Source: the human T2T-CHM13v2.0 reference genome, Homo sapiens. Taken from it: DNA of 64,000 nt. A program made the position numbers and the translations under genes. How positions within the stretch are numbered: the stretch's first letter is position 1; each line of letters starts with the position of its first letter. Shown here piece after piece: positions 37,476 to 60,392 of the stretch. A model generated the notes under the pieces. The model saw only the letters and a program-made list of their open reading frames with translations, searched no databases and was not told where the DNA came from. The stretch is from NCBI RefSeq assembly GCF_009914755.1, contig NC_060935.1; one strand, written 5' to 3'.

Positions 37476-37790
37476 AAATGGTATGAGGGTAACTCTGTGT
37501 TCTGGCTAATTTAAATTCTGATATAGGCACTGCCTAGTCTTTGCAAAGTCTTTGACAAACTGGCATTTCTCAAATTTGTGCAAGACTCCTTAGAAGTGCT
37601 GGTTGAAAAGGTATAAAATTCAATGATGAACTACAAAGTAAGTACCTCATTTTTTTCCCATCTGATTTAGTTCGATTCTGTTACATTTGTTCTTCTAAGT
37701 ATTTTCTCTCTTTGTCTGCCATGTTTTCCTATGCCACCATTTTAGTTTCCAATACTGCTGCAACTATGCCTTTAGAATATCAAAATTTTT

Positions 37791-38415
<625 letters not shown>

Positions 38416-38464
38416 AGCATATTAATTCTTTTTTTCACATTAGAATCACCCAGGAGGCTTTTAT

Positions 38465-38685
38465 TTTTCTCCTAGCTTTATTGAGATATAGGTAACAAAT
38501 AAAACTGTATAAATTTCAATTGTACAATGTGATGATTTGATATACATATACATTGTGTAATAATTACCACAATCAAATTAATCAACACATCCATCTCCAA
38601 GCATAGTTACATGTGTGTATGTGTAGTATGTGTAGTACACTTAAGATATACTCTTAATAAATTTCAAGTAAAAAATACATTAATT
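38465..38685 (-). mobile_element. L1MA 3' end fragment
   Basis: GCTTTATTGAGATATA...TGTACAATGTGATGATTTGATATACATATACATTGTG. Confidence 0.75.
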
Positions 38686-38924
38686 GTTTCTTTTATTCTA
38701 TACATAGTAATTGAATTTCCAAGTACTGTGTCGATAACTGAGTTTTAAAAGATTAATAACATCTCTGAATCCACCCAGATATAGAGAGAATTTAGGCTGG
38801 GCACGGTGGTTCATGCCTGTAATCCCAGAACTTTGGGAGGCCAAGGTGGGAGGATTGCTTGAGCCCAGGAGTTCCAGCCTACAGTGAGCTGTGATTGTTC
38901 CACTGTACTCCAGCCTGAGTGCAA

Positions 38925-41510
38925 TGAAAACTCAGGTAACTATGGAAAACAGTGTCTTGACTGAATATTGTCAGGGTAAAGACAAAAAGAACTATACATA
39001 AATGCTGTATTCTATTTAGTAAATGTGTTCCTCATTAAGCATTTACACGAAACGAACAAATAAGTAAACAGATAGTAAATAATTGCAGCCAGGTTTCTCA
39101 CTGTTGGAGAAGGAAGTTTTAAACAAGGAAAGGAGAAAGGTTAAAATAAACTCTCTGATGTTGGACTGGAATCGAAGGAATCAGTATTAACTCATCACCA
39201 TCATTACATATATAAATTGCATATTAATATATGAAATTATATGTTAGTATATATTAATAACAGATACAAAAATATTTATATATACATATGTATACACAAA
39301 TACAGAAAGATAGGTGGCATTGATGGGTATATATGCATGGTTTATACATATATAGTTTTATAGCTTTGTCTGCTGGAAGTATCTAGAAGCAATGATACCC
39401 AGTCTCATGTCTAGATCTCAGTTTCTTTTTTTTTTTTTTTTGAGACGGAGTCTCACTCTGTCATCCAGTCTGGAGTGCAGTGGCGCAATCTTGGCTCACT
39501 GCAACCTCCGCCTCCCCAGTTCAAGCGATTCTCCCGCCTCAGCCTCCTGAGTAGCTGGGACTACAGGCGCCTGCCACAACGCCCGGCTAATTTTTTGTAT
39601 TTTTAGTAGAGACAGGTTTTCACCAGGTTAGCCAGGATGGTCTTGATCTCCTGACCTCATGATCCAGCTGCCTCGGCCCCCCAAAGTGCTGGGATTACAG
39701 GTGTGAGCCACAGCGCCCAGCCCCGGATCTCAGCTTCTAAACACCATCCTTCAGTAAAAGGAACCAGAGCTCCTTGGAAAAGTGGCAAGCCAGGATTAGG
39801 GAAAACACTAGATGAGTCTGGAAAAATCTGTAAAGCCAGAAAGTAAGAATGTGCTCAAAATCAGATGAGGCATAGCAAAAGAAAACACAAGCCAAGCTGA
39901 GGAGCTCCTTATGGACAAATTAGAACAATTTGAGCAACAAAATAAACTTTGATACTACTGAATTTTGCCTACAGAATAAAATAAACTTCCATGAGTCCAT
40001 ACTAATATAAATGTGTAATTGAATAAACAAATGGCTGATCTGAGTGCAGTGGCTCATGCCTGTAATCCCAGCATGTTGGGAGGCCGAGGCAGGAGGACCA
40101 CTTGAAGTCAGGAATTGGAAGTGAGACCTCATCTGTACACAAAATTTAAAAAATTAGCCAGGTGTGGTGGCACACACCTGTAGTGCTAGCTACTCATGAG
40201 ACTGAAATGGGAAGATTGCTGGAGTCCAGGAGTTGGAGATCGTAGTGAGCTATGATCGTGCCACTGCACTCCAGCTTGGTCGACACAGTGAGGCCCTGTC
40301 TCTTAAAAAAAAAAAAAAAATACAGTTAATCATTTTCAGGCTGCAATGCTGCAGAACACCAGAACTTATTCCTTCTATCTAGCTGTAATTTTGTATCCAT
40401 TAATCAACCTCTCCCCAACCTCTTCTCCCGCTCCCTTTCCCAGCCTCTATTACCCACAATTCTACTCTCTACTTCTACAAGCTCAATTTTTGTTTAGCTC
40501 CTACATATGAGCAAGGATATGCAGTCTTTGTTCTCTGTGCCTTACTTATTTTACTTTAACGTAATGTGCTCCAGGCTCATCCATGTTGCCACAAATGACA
40601 GGATGTTGTTCCTTTTTATGGCTGAGTAGTATTCCATTAAGTATATATACCACATTTTCTTTATCCATTTATCTGTTGATAGACTTTTAGGCTGATTCCG
40701 TGTCTTAACTATTGTGAACAGTGCTGTAATAAACATGGGAGTTTTTTGATATGCTAATTTCCTTTCCTTCAGATAAATATCCAGTAGTGAGTAGGATTGC
40801 TGGATCGTATGGTAGTTCTATTTTTAGTTTTTTGAGAAACCTCCACACTGTTTTCCATAATGGTTGAGACAGCTCTTCTTTACAGTAGAATTCCAACAAA
40901 CGAATGAAGAAGGGAAGAAGGAAGTAGAAAATCACCATTAGTCAAATATCACAATAATACTTGCTGCAGACAACATCCACAAATGGATGCCATAAGCAGC
41001 AGGCAAGAGTGTGAGGTGTTTCAAAGTTTCAAAGTGTCTCTCCCAAGATATTTATTAACTACAAAGGGAAAGATAGTAACTCTACAACGGAGAAATCTGG
41101 CAGACAATGCCTTAACCAAATGGACCAAGTTTAAGTCACCAACAATAAGAACTGACATCCTGAACTCTTTAATCTTAGAAGGCACGACATCATTTCTGAA
41201 GTATTCTGGCCAAAAATAAATAACGTCATTCCAATCATGAGAAAACATCCAAAACCCAAATGGCGGGACACTACATAATGGTAGGATAGGCTTCAAGAGT
41301 ATTGAGGTCATGAAAGCCATGGAAAGAGCAAGAAATTTACAGACTGGAGGAGACTGAGGAGACCAAATAACTCGATATGACGGGCCTGTTGGGTAAGAAC
41401 TTGGAACAGAAAAAGAAATTACAGAAAAAAACTGGTGAAAATTAAATTGTCTCAATGTTAATTTCCTGGTTTTGATAACTGTGCTATGGTTATATAAGAC
41501 ATTAACAATC
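38925..41510 (+). mobile_element. L1MC-type 3' region, interrupted by Alus (39424-39722 minus, 40038-40320 plus) and an antisense L1MA fragment (~40325-40864)
   Basis: GTAAAAGGAACCAGAGCTCCTTGG, GAACAATTTGAGCAACAAAATAAA, AATGTTAATTTCCTGGTTTTGATAA; ORFs 40551-/40705- are L1 ORF2 C-terminal remnants. Confidence 0.7.
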
Positions 41511-41880
41511 TGGCTGCGCACGATGGTTCCCACCTGTATTCCCAGCACTTTGGGAGGCCAAGGCAAGTGGATCACCTGAGGTCAGGAGTTCGAGACCAGC
41601 CTGGCCAACATGGTGAAACCCCATCTCTACTAAAAATACAAAAATTAGCCAGGCATGGTGGAGTGCCATGATATATCTATAGATATATCTATATTGACTT
41701 ATACAACACTAAAGGTGCATAAAACTAAATTTATTTGTCAGCTGCTCGGGAGGCTGAGGCAGGAGAATCACTTCAACCTGGGAGGCAGAGGTTGCAGTGA
41801 GCAGCGATGGTGCCACTGCACTCCAGCCTGGGTGACAGAGAGAGACACCATCTCAAAAATAAAAATAAAAAATAAAAAAA
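41511..41880 (+). mobile_element. AluS carrying a non-Alu insertion at ~41668-41740
   Basis: Dimer broken where TGTAATCCCA is expected. Confidence 0.93.
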
Positions 41881-41956
41881 TTGGTGTTAGGATGCCCCAC
41901 TTACATAGCCCACTGCCACTGACTGCTCCCCACCCTGTTTTCCCATAGCACTTACC

Positions 41957-41959
<3 letters not shown>

Positions 41960-41991
<32 letters not shown>

Positions 41992-42272
41992 AGACTGAGT
42001 CTCACTCTGTCACTAGGCTGGATGGAATGCAGTGGCAGGGTCTCGTCTCACAGCAACCTCTGCCTCCCGGGTTCAAGTGATTCTCCTGCCTCAACCTCCC
42101 AAGTACTGGGACTACAGGCACATGCCACCATGCCCAGCTAATTTTTGTATTTTTAGTAGAGACAGGGTTTCACCATGTTGGCCAGGATGGTATCGATCTC
42201 TTGACCTCATGATCCACCCGCCTCAGCCTTCCAAAGTGCTGGTATTACAGGCATGAGCTACTGCGCCCAGCC
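41960..42272 (-). mobile_element. AluS inside an L2 3' end
   Basis: TSD GCACTTACCATC. Confidence 0.92.
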
Positions 42273-42773
42273 GCACTTACCATCTTCTAACATATTATAT
42301 AATGTACTGCTTTGTCATGTGTATGTTTTACTGTATGCTCCCCCAATAGAAGACAAATTTCCTGAGGTTCTTTGTTTTGTTTACTGGTTTATCCTGAGCT
42401 CCTAGAAAAATATGTGGCACAGCGTGAGCAATCAATATATATGTGTTTAATAGATGAATGAGTAAATATTTGCAAAAAAAATAAATACAAGAAAACATAT
42501 GTATAGAAAAATGCTGCAAAGTCAAATGCCTTCAGGGCTTGGCCAGGTAACTTAAATATGTGAAGGGCTGTCTGTTTTGTTCACTGATATATCTCATGTG
42601 GCCCAAATAGTGCCTGCTACATAGGAGACATGCAATAAATATTTGCTGAAAGAATTAATATAAAATATTTTTATTAAATGGGTGGAAATTACACATCTGA
42701 AGTTTTAGTAGTGTTTTAATTGTATAAACACTGCTATGTTGACTTATACAACACTAAAGGTGCATAAAACTAA

Positions 42774-43138
<365 letters not shown>

Positions 43139-43209
43139 TAAATTTTACTTTCTTTAAAAAAAAAAAAAAAAGTTTGTTGGAAGAAGATATTTTCAAAAAT
43201 GCTATAGTA

Positions 43210-43500
43210 CGCCAGGCATGGTAGTTCATGCCTGTAATCCTAGCACTTTGGGAGGCTGAGGTGGGAGGATCGCTTGAAGCCAGGAGCAACCAACCTGGGC
43301 AACAGAGCAAGACTCTGTCTCTACAAAAAAAAAAGAAAAAAAATAGTGGGACATGGTGGCATGCACCTGTAGTTCCCAGCTACTAGGAGGTTGAGGCAGG
43401 AGGATTTCTTGAGCCCAGGAGTTCAAGGCTGCAGTGAGCAAGGATGCACCACTGCAATCCAACCTGGGGGACAGAGCAAGACCTTGTCTCAAAAAAAGAA
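43210..43500 (+). mobile_element. AluJ
   Basis: TSD beginning AAAATGCT. Confidence 0.9.
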
Positions 43501-44567
43501 AATGCTTTACTAAGGTGTGGTGACAGTATCATATATTGCTGGTGGCAATATTAATTGCTACTGCCTTTCTACAGCACAATCCAGCCCAATGTAAAAGATC
43601 CTTTAAAAAAATGTGTTTAAGCTTTCACAAAGCAATTCCTCTTCTGGAATCTATCTCCTGAACTGAATCACCCAGCTACAGTCATCTCAGAGTTATACAA
43701 ATGAAAGAGTGACCAAAAAAGTGAGTCGACAATGTGAAAATCGGTAAGTAAATAATAATATATCTGAATTATGGACCATTTTGCAGGTGCTAAAATGCAT
43801 GTCTATAAAGAGCTTTTAGTACCATGGGAAAGTGCTTGTACTAGAATGTTAAGCAATAAAGAGGAGGATGTACAATTGTATAAGCAGTATTATCATCATA
43901 ATGTAAAATATGATTTTAAAAAATTAAAATATGCATATATGTAAAATCTTTGGAATTTTTTTCTGCTTCTTTTTACTTTTACTTTTCATTCATCTATAAT
44001 TAACATATAACACTTAAATTCAGAAGCGACATCAATAATAAAATATGAAAACACTGAATGGATTAATCCTGAAATATGAGATAAACATCAAATGCCAAAA
44101 TAAAATTTGTTTGAAAAGTTACAGTATTACTGAAATAAATGCTAAATGGATCAAAGACCTAAATGTAACAAATAAAATCAGAAAATTACTAAAAGGAAAC
44201 ACAGGCAAATTGCTCCATAACCTTTCTAACTATGACTCAAAGCCTAGAAGCAATAAAAAAATGATAAATTTAAATGCATTAAAAACTTCTTATGGAGAAA
44301 CAAAAGAACACCATATGCAAACAGCGGCAATAACAACAAAAGACAAACGGTGGGAGGTATTTGCAACTCTTATTACAAAGGGTCAATTTCCCTAATACAT
44401 ACAGGCCTCTTAAAATTGAGAGGAAAAACTGCAAAACCTTATAGAAATATGAACATAAAACATAACCATGCAGTTTATAGAGAAAGATATACAAACAGCT
44501 CTTTAATATATAAAAAGATGCTCATCCTCTTTCATAGTAACAAGTCTACAAATTAAAACTACACTGA

Positions 44568-45108
<541 letters not shown>

Positions 45109-45476
45109 CTTCATCCCATTTTGCTAAACAAGAAACTGAGTCTCAGGCAGGAAGCCAAGTGATGAAAGCAGAGACAGAACCACCAGCTCTGGCTGTGACA
45201 GTCTTGGCAACCCTGGATGCATCTCTCCACACATTTGGGGCAAAGCTCACCTTTCCCCAACCATTCCAGCCCTGCTGGCCCCTTGCCTACAGGTCTGATA
45301 TGCTCAGGAGCCATTACAACTCACTGCAGCCTCTTATTCCCAGGTTCAGGTGATCCTCCCACCTCAGCCTCCTGAGTAGCTGGGACTACAGGTGCACGCC
45401 ACCATGCCCAGTTAATTTTTGTATTTTTTGTAGAGATGGGATTTCACCATGTTGCCCAGGCTAGGATGAGGTTTTA

Positions 45477-46621
45477 TTTTATATATATATATATATATAT
45501 ATGTACATACACACACACACATCTATCTTATATATATACGTATACATCTATCTTATATATATACGTATACATCTATCTTATATATATACGTATACATCTA
45601 TCTTATATATATACGTATACATCTATCTTATATATATACGTATACACCTATCTTATATATACGTATACACCTATCTTATATATACGTATACACCTATCTT
45701 ATATATATGTATACATCTATCTTATATATATACGTATACATCTTATATATACGTATACATCTATCTTATATATATACGTATACATCTATCTTATATATAT
45801 ACGTATACATATATCTTATATATATACGTATACATATATCTTATATATACGTATACATATATCTTATATATACGTATACATATATCTTATATATATACGT
45901 ATATATATCTTATATATATACGTATATATATCTTATATATATACGTATATATATCTTATATATATACGTATATATATCTTATATATATACGTATATATCT
46001 TATATATATTATATATAATATATATTATATATAAGTATATATATATTTTATATATATATTATATATAATATATATTATATATAAGTATATATATATTTTA
46101 TATATAAGTATATATATTATATATAAGTATATATTATATATAAGTATATATATTATATATAAGTATATATTATATATAAGTATATATATTTTATATATAA
46201 GTATACATATTTTATATATATAAGTATATATATTTTATATATATAAGTGTATATATATTTTATATATATGTGTATATATATTTTATACATATACGTGTAT
46301 ATATATTTTATACATATACGTGTATATATATTTTATACATATACGTGTATATATATTTTATACATATAAGTGTATATATATTTTATACATATAAGTATAT
46401 ATATTTTATACATATAAGTATATATATTTTATACATATAAGTATATATATTTTATACATATAAGTATATATATTTTATACATATAAGTATATATGTATAT
46501 TTTATACATATAAGTATATATATTTTATACATATAAGTATTTATATATTTTATACATATAAGTATATATATTTTATATATAAGTATATATAATATATATA
46601 AGTATGTATATAAGTATATAT
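45477..46621. repeat. AT-rich minisatellite with ~18-25 bp units (e.g. CGTATACATCTATCTTATATATATA; TTTTATACATATAAGTATATATA)
   Basis: Read directly; lies between the L1 TSD and the L1 3' end. Confidence 0.97.
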
Positions 46622-48316
<1,695 letters not shown>

Positions 48317-48897
48317 GGATGAGGTTTTAATAAAACAAAATGATGACAGTAAAGTGCCTGGCATGCAGCCAGGAATTTCTGCAAATGTTTAGGCTAACTC
48401 CACCCATGTCTTTATTTATTCTTTACCACTACCCTAGGAGGTAGGTGTTATTTTTATCCCCATTTTTACAAATAAGGAAACTAAGGTTCAGAGAGTTGGG
48501 GATATTTGACCAGGGTCACACAACTATTAAGTGTGGATCAAGAATTCAAACCCAAGGCTATCTAAGCCCAGATTTCATGTTCTTGGGTTTTATGCCATGA
48601 TGCCTGTGGGAAGGAGAAAGTCTGAAAAGGGCTCTTTGTTCCTTGACCCAAAGGAATGCACTGACCTGTAAAGCTTTTTCTTTTGAGAATTTGAGTTTAT
48701 TAAATCTTCGAATTTCTTAACATTATTTCTGTAAACTAGGAGTTTCAAACTCTTCCTGTGGCCGATTGCCATAGTCCCTACCACTCCCCTTGTCTTATAC
48801 CTAGCCTGCTTCCCTCACTTACATTACCTGCTTCTCTTGTTTGACATCAGAACTATGGCCTTTGCATAAGGTTTTTAGGTTTCTTATATTTATTCTT

Positions 48898-49201
48898 CTT
48901 TTTTTTTTTTTTTTTTTGAGACAGGGTGTGGCTCTGCCACCTAGGCTGGAGTGCAGTAGTGTAATCAAAGCTCACTGTAGTCTCCAACTCCTGGGTTCAA
49001 GCAATTCTCCAGCTGTGGCCTCCAAAGTAGCTAGGAATACAGGTGAGCACCACCATACCTGCCTAATGTTTTTTATTTTTTGTGGCGATGGGGGTCTCAC
49101 TATGTTGTCCAGGCTGGTCTCAAACTCCTGGCCTCAAACAACCCTCCTGATTAATCCTCCCAAAGCGCTGGGATTACAGGTGTGAGCCATCAGGCCTGGC
49201 C
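48898..49201 (-). mobile_element. AluJ
   Basis: Antisense dimer; TSD TTATTCT. Confidence 0.88.
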
Positions 49202-49209
49202 TACTTATT

Positions 49210-50305
<1,096 letters not shown>

Positions 50306-51797
50306 AGCACTCTTGAGTCTCTTTTTCTTTTTATTCTCCCTTGCTGCCAGAGACATGCATGTGGTTCGTGTTCATGTGTTGTAAAGGTGTTCTGAAGAGA
50401 CTGAGTGTCAGAGTCGCCACATCCTATAATAACCCACATCCTTCTGGGAAAGATCAGATGGGTCTGTTTGGAAGTCAGTGCTGTTTTCCATCACCAAGGG
50501 GACTGCTGCGGAATGCCGCCCCCAAAGTTCATTATCTCAGCACTTAATGTTTTGTTTTTGTTTTTTCAAAATACAGAAAAGTAATTAGAAGACATGATGA
50601 GCAATAACCTCTGTGCCAAATTACCTTGTTTTAATTTGATGATGCTTTTGAATTGTTCAAGCTCAAATAATTAATTTTATAACTGTCAGGTCTTGATAGA
50701 ATTTTTTTTTTTGGAATGTGCGTGCCAAGAATCATAAGGAATGTTTTTCACAGTAAAATCTTAACCTCCTAAGACACACAATGACCACCAGACCACTGAT
50801 CTGCTTCAAATATTTGAAAGATAATAAGCCACAAGTTCACAGGAGGAAATTATTGCCTGGCCAACCTCTAGCAGTTGAGGTTTGACGATTTCTTTAGTGA
50901 CATTTATAAAAGCGCATTGTTTTAATCAGACCATAAGAAGACTGAATCAGGTTTCAGATTCACTCGGGGTTGATAATTGAGCTCATTCCTGAAAGGCCTC
51001 AGGAGCACTAAAGCACTGAAGTGAAACCATGGAAATTAGGGATTTGAATAGGAGAATCGTGAACTTTGGTAAAGAAAACATTCCCCATGGAGAGTGCTGA
51101 TGGAACAAACTTTGCCAAAACCTATTAATAAGATTAATGAAGATAAAATTAGGGAAAACACCATGAATCTTGTTGTCTATGGGAGGAAAGAAGAGAAAGG
51201 GGGAAAAAATCAGGCTCATTTACACCCTTGACTATGTCATCATGAGCCCACAAGGAGGGGCCCGACACCATCTTCCTTTTTGCAGAGAGAATGCAATGTC
51301 CAGTTCTTTCTTCTGCTGCTGCTAGGATTTGCCTTTGGCATAGTTGGCCTGTCTAAATGAAACCGGAACAAAGTTCCAGGCCATCTTTTACAAATGTTTG
51401 TTCTCCACAAGGGCAGGGGAACTTCCTAAGTGGGTAAGCTGGCTGAAGACCTGAGCCGAGCTTAGAAAAGAGGAGCCAGGCCTGTCCTTGAACTCGCAGA
51501 GCTGAGCAGAGCAGCACACACATGGTCCACCCTGGCTTGGAGCCCCGAAGTGGAGCCCAGCCCAAAACTTCTCTGGAAAGGTTATGGTGCATTCGAAGCA
51601 CAGGCCTCACATCTACCTCTAAGTCTTGGCCATTATTGGTAAAGGCAAGTAGGGGGCAAGCCTTTTTAAATCATGTTTTTACTGATACAACCTTAGAGGA
51701 TGGCCTCACAACCCCTAGACACTGCTATTAACTGAAAGAGTGGCCAAGTTTTAATCTCACCTAGAAGACAGCTGACAACCACCAGGGCATCTCATGA

Positions 51798-52170
<373 letters not shown>

Positions 52171-53351
52171 TACTGGCCTTTTTCTATTTTTTTTTATGCA
52201 TATAAGGCATATTTGCACCATTGGGCCTTTGCACATGCTGTTCCCTCTGCAGACAATTCCTTTGCATTGGGTCTTCAAATGTCACCCCCTCAACCACCCC
52301 ATGGCTTTGAGGCCACATACAAATGGAGGGAAAGGATAAGTTCATATTTTGGTATTGGTTCCATGCCCAAAATTTGATTATTCCTAAGGATGGATAAGTT
52401 GATGTTAGATAAGGAAAAAAACAGTCCTACTTGTAATAGTCTATCCCATTGCTAGATCATTTTATTCTAATATGGGATTCAGAAATCTTAGGCATATTAC
52501 TTCAAAAATCATAAGATCATTATTATCTACAGAGGTGATAAAAATCACAGAGTTGAATAGATGTCTTTTATAGAGTCAGTGAGAATTGACTGAGAAGTCT
52601 CTGCTCTTTTATTCAGAGCCTTTATCTAAATAGATCGCTATCATGGTTTCTAGCAGTGGATGCCTGCGTGACCAACCAAGACCTCTTGAACCAATGGACT
52701 GAACTTTTGTCAGTTTTCACATCAGGGGTAAGAATGGCTTAATGTTAAAAGCACCTCAGCAAGATGCTTTAATACTCTTTTCCTTGATTTATATTTTTAA
52801 TGTTCTCACTTCTTTAAGAACTTGCGAATATTTGGCTTTGATAACTCTGCACTGCCAAACCTACCAATTTCTTGGTGGGCCAAGGATGACCATGTTTTAC
52901 TGATTCTATGTTTTCAATCATTAAAGTATTCTGTCGCTGACCACATTCTGTTTTCTGTTTTTTTCTAGTCATCTTAACTAATTCAGAAAAAGCTAAGTTT
53001 AAGTGGCCTTTGCTGGCTGGCTGGTCCTGGAGCCACTTCCCTGGCTCCTCCAAATCATCAATCCTGTCCTTTGCTGTGTCACCAAGCACAACTAAGCAGC
53101 CTCTGGGGGATGTGGACAAGTCTCCTTAGACAGGGTGGCCTATCCCAGGTTGGATCCAACCCAGAAATGTCCAGTAGAGGCTCAGCCAAGTTGAGGATGG
53201 AGCAGAAGCAATGTTAGACCGGGTGGTCTGAGGGTGTGACATTTGAAGACCCAAAGCAAAGTAATTATCTGCAGAGGGAACAGCATGTGCAAAGGCCTTA
53301 CAGTGCAAATATGCCTCATATACAAAAATAAAAAATTGAAAAAGGCCAGTG
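52171..53351. repeat. Inverted duplication of a ~130 bp L2-derived Alu flank (52171-52299 / 53221-53351)
   Basis: GGCCTTTGCACATGCTGTTCCCTCTGCAGA and TTGGGTCTTCAAATGTCAC present in both orientations; ~88% identical by eye. Confidence 0.93.
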
Positions 53352-53720
<369 letters not shown>

Positions 53721-54419
53721 GAGCCAGTGAGACTGGTATATGGTGAGTAGAGGTCACATGGATGAATCAATCTAAATACATTCTAATACTCTTAATAATA
53801 ATAATACAGTCTTGATACAGATGACAGCACCGGCAATAACAGAACTGAAAATTTTGCACTCAGGTTGGGACTCCCCAAGACAGTGACTGGGTCAAAATCC
53901 TATTTCTGGACTTCCTGGATTGACTAATCTTTAACTGGTGGTTGTTAAAACAAGGTTTCTCTATCATGGCCTCACTTCTGCGTAGTCCCGTCGCATTCTA
54001 ATACTTGCCTCCCTTTTTCCACCCTGGCCACTTCGGGCTTCCAGCATCCCTACAACGTTCACAGTTCCAGAACCACTCAGGACATCTTGTATCTCTCTCT
54101 TGACCTGCCAGAGCTTCTTATGGCCTAGCAAGTCATTTTCCTGATTATTACCTCTCCTTATCCCTAATATCTAGTAGTTTCTACCCATTGTTCATTTTCC
54201 ACTTCTTTGGTTTTTTCCCCCTAGCTCCACACCTCTGGAGCGACATAAATACTCTACCTGGCCCAGCCTGCTTCCAGATATGCTGCTCTACACCTGATGG
54301 AGAGCTCGTGCCTAGAGCTCACTACCCAACCCTTAGGACCAGAAAGATGGCAAGACACTTAGGGAACCAGTAATGGCTTATAAGCATGTCAGAATCAGGA
54401 TAAAGAATTTGGGCTACAA

Positions 54420-54799
<380 letters not shown>

Positions 54800-55869
54800 C
54801 TACAGCAAAACTTTATTCAGCTCAATCAACTTCTCTAAACTCAGCACCTCCTTATTTTCTGAACCACTCAATTCAATATTGTGTTATTTATAAAGTTTTG
54901 CATTTTTTGTCTGTGAATATTTTCATATTAGTCCTGAAAAGATTTAAAGTTCTCGAAGAGCAAGAATGGTGTGCTGCATTTTATTTGTAAATTCTGTAAG
55001 TTTCACAAGAGTGTTGCACACATATACAGTTAGTGCCTGACAAACACTGGCTGATGGATATTTCATTGTTTTAATTCAGCTTTAAGTTTTTGGCAGTAGA
55101 GCAGAGTTTATGCAAAGTGTAAGCCTCATTGGTAGATTCGTGTCACTGGAGCTAAATGCTACCTCTAAAGTGGTGGCTAAAGTTAGAAAGATAGGAGGCA
55201 GGGCAAGACAGCACTCCCACATCCCTGGAAGCCCGCAGTTTCACAATTCTGGACAAAAGGGCAGCCCTTCCTGCTTTATGTGATGATTAGATTGTTCATT
55301 CATTTGTTAATTCAGTGAGTTATTTTTGAGTCATGAGCATGCACTATGTATAAGGCAATGTACACATTATGGAGGATATACAAAAAAATTCCAAACCATG
55401 ATGTCTGTGTGCCCTAGCTCAGCCTGAACTATGATCAGATAAAATTATGATCAGCTCTTCCCCATGAAGAAACTTGGGAACAGGATCTGCAAACAATGGG
55501 CATCCCACGTCAGTGTCAGGGCTGTTGTCCGGACCCCTGCCTCCACACTGGAACAGGTTGTCCTGGTGGAAGGAGAAACCATGGACCAGGACCTTTGAAT
55601 CAGGACACTTCAGAACTTTCCTCTTCTTTTGCAGCAGGATGTCAAAAGCATTCTAGTAAACCACAAGAAATCGGAAGGAGTGAGAAAGAAAGATTTTAAG
55701 CTACTCCATGTACACCGACTTTATCTTAAATTGTATTTGGGAATTAACCAATGATCACAAATCAAATGAAAATAAAAAGAACTTAAAAATCTGTTTCACT
55801 ACTTCATGGGTGCCAATAGATCAAAGGCAGTGGTAACTACACTCAGCATGCGTGCTAAATAGAGTTTCA

Positions 55870-56183
55870 TTTTATTTTATTATTTTTATTTTTTTGAGAC
55901 AGAGTATCGCTCTGTCACCCAGGCTGGAGTGCAGTGGCGTGATCTCAGCTCACTGAAACCTCCACCCACCAGGTTCAAGCAATTCGCCTGCCTCAGCCTC
56001 TCCAGTAGCTAGGATTTACAGGTGCATGCTATTACATCTGGCTAAATTTTTTTTGTTTTTTCTTGTATTTTTAGTAGACATGGGGTTTCACCATGTTGGC
56101 CAGGCTGGTCTTGAACTCCTGGCCTCCAGTGATCTGCCCGCTTCGGCCTCTCAAAGTGCTGGGATTACAGGAGTGAGCCACCT
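55870..56183 (-). mobile_element. AluS
   Basis: TSD TAGAGTTT(T)CATT. Confidence 0.9.
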
Positions 56184-56475
56184 AGAGTTTTCATTCATGA
56201 GTCATTCATTCATTTGTTGGTTCCTTTGCTCTTTCTTTCACATATTCATTTATATAACAAGTGTTTATTGAGTGCATACTCAGTGCCAGGTACTATAGTA
56301 GGACCTGAGAGTGATATAAAGACGAATAAGATTATTAATACCCCTGGCCTTAAAGCACTTGGAGGAAAGAAGAGGTGATAAAATGTGCATATAAAAAATA
56401 GGGATTTAAAATGTGATAAGTTAAAGAGAATTAAAGTGCTACAGGGACAAAGATCTGGCTAAAAAGAAGGGCTTC

Positions 56476-56736
56476 CCACTTTGGGAGTCTGCGGCGGGTA
56501 GATTGCCTGAGGTCAGGAGTTCGAGACCAGCCTGACCAACATGACGAAACCCCGTCTCTACTAAAAATGCAAAAATTAGCTGAGTGTGGCGGGCGCCTGT
56601 AATTCCAACTACTCCGGAGGCTGAGGCAGGAGAATCGCTTGAACTTGGGGGACAGAGGTTGCAGTGAGCCAAGATCACGCCACTTCACTCCACCCTGGGC
56701 ATAAGAGTGAAACCCCCTCTTGGGAAAAAAAAAAAA
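56476..56736 (+). mobile_element. 5'-truncated AluSp/Sq in L2
   Basis: TSD AAAAAGAAGGRCTTC. Confidence 0.9.
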
Positions 56737-57444
56737 GAAGGACTTCATAGAGGAGTTAACTGGGACCTTGGAGAAAGGGTAGGAAACAGTTATGTGGAAG
56801 TGGGAATGGGGCTGAGGAATGCTTACTTGGATGTGGAAAAGTGAATAGTTCCATTTGACAGGAGCAGAATGGGTATTAAAAAGCAGAGATTCATGAATAC
56901 CCAACTATGGAAGTTTGTGTTACATTCATAGACAAGATGACTATATAATATATTATCCAGATCATGACACATTTGAAAGTGAAAATGGTCATAAAAATAA
57001 TTAAAATTATATATATATAAATTTATTGACTAAAACATTTTTATTATATTGGTAAATCTTTTTAAAGATCTATTTGAAAACTTTTCAAAAAGGAAATTAT
57101 TTTAAAATACTAAAACTTATCTGTCTACATCTAGATATGTAGACAGATAGTGGGGGACATTCAAGCAAAATTTTTTAAACTTTTAATATGTTGATCATCA
57201 AAACATTAACAAATAACATAATCAGAACAATCATCCTTGGTGAATATCACATGCTTGAATCAATTCCTTGAGTGGATTTGTTTTTAATACCACAGCACTA
57301 GTATTTTTCTGACAAAGGTATTATTTTTAAATTTTTCAGAAAATTGTTCTTCAAAGTTGCATTTTAAAGTTAGTTTGAAACTTTTGAACTTTTAATTGAT
57401 TACTTTTTGTAGATTATAATGTTTTTTAAAAAACATGCTTTCTC

Positions 57445-57810
<366 letters not shown>

Positions 57811-57904
57811 CTAAATGGAAGATATTATCAGTTATATTTTTTAAAGTAAATCTTGTGAATATTTTAACCCTATTTTATAAAATTAGCAATTTATAAAATG
57901 CCTT

Positions 57905-60392
<2,488 letters not shown>

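Noticed and set aside
38465-40864. Two L1MA fragments (38465-38685, 40325-40864) as one split element
   Set aside because: Roughly colinear, but separated by older L1MC sequence that continues past the second fragment; independent insertions are simpler.
45477-46621. CRISPR-like array
   Set aside because: Head-to-tail AT tandem repeat with no unique spacers, in primate DNA.
55420-55654. Possible minus-strand exon (pyrimidine tract plus TAG, ~78 open codons)
   Set aside because: No recognisable homology and no convincing donor site.
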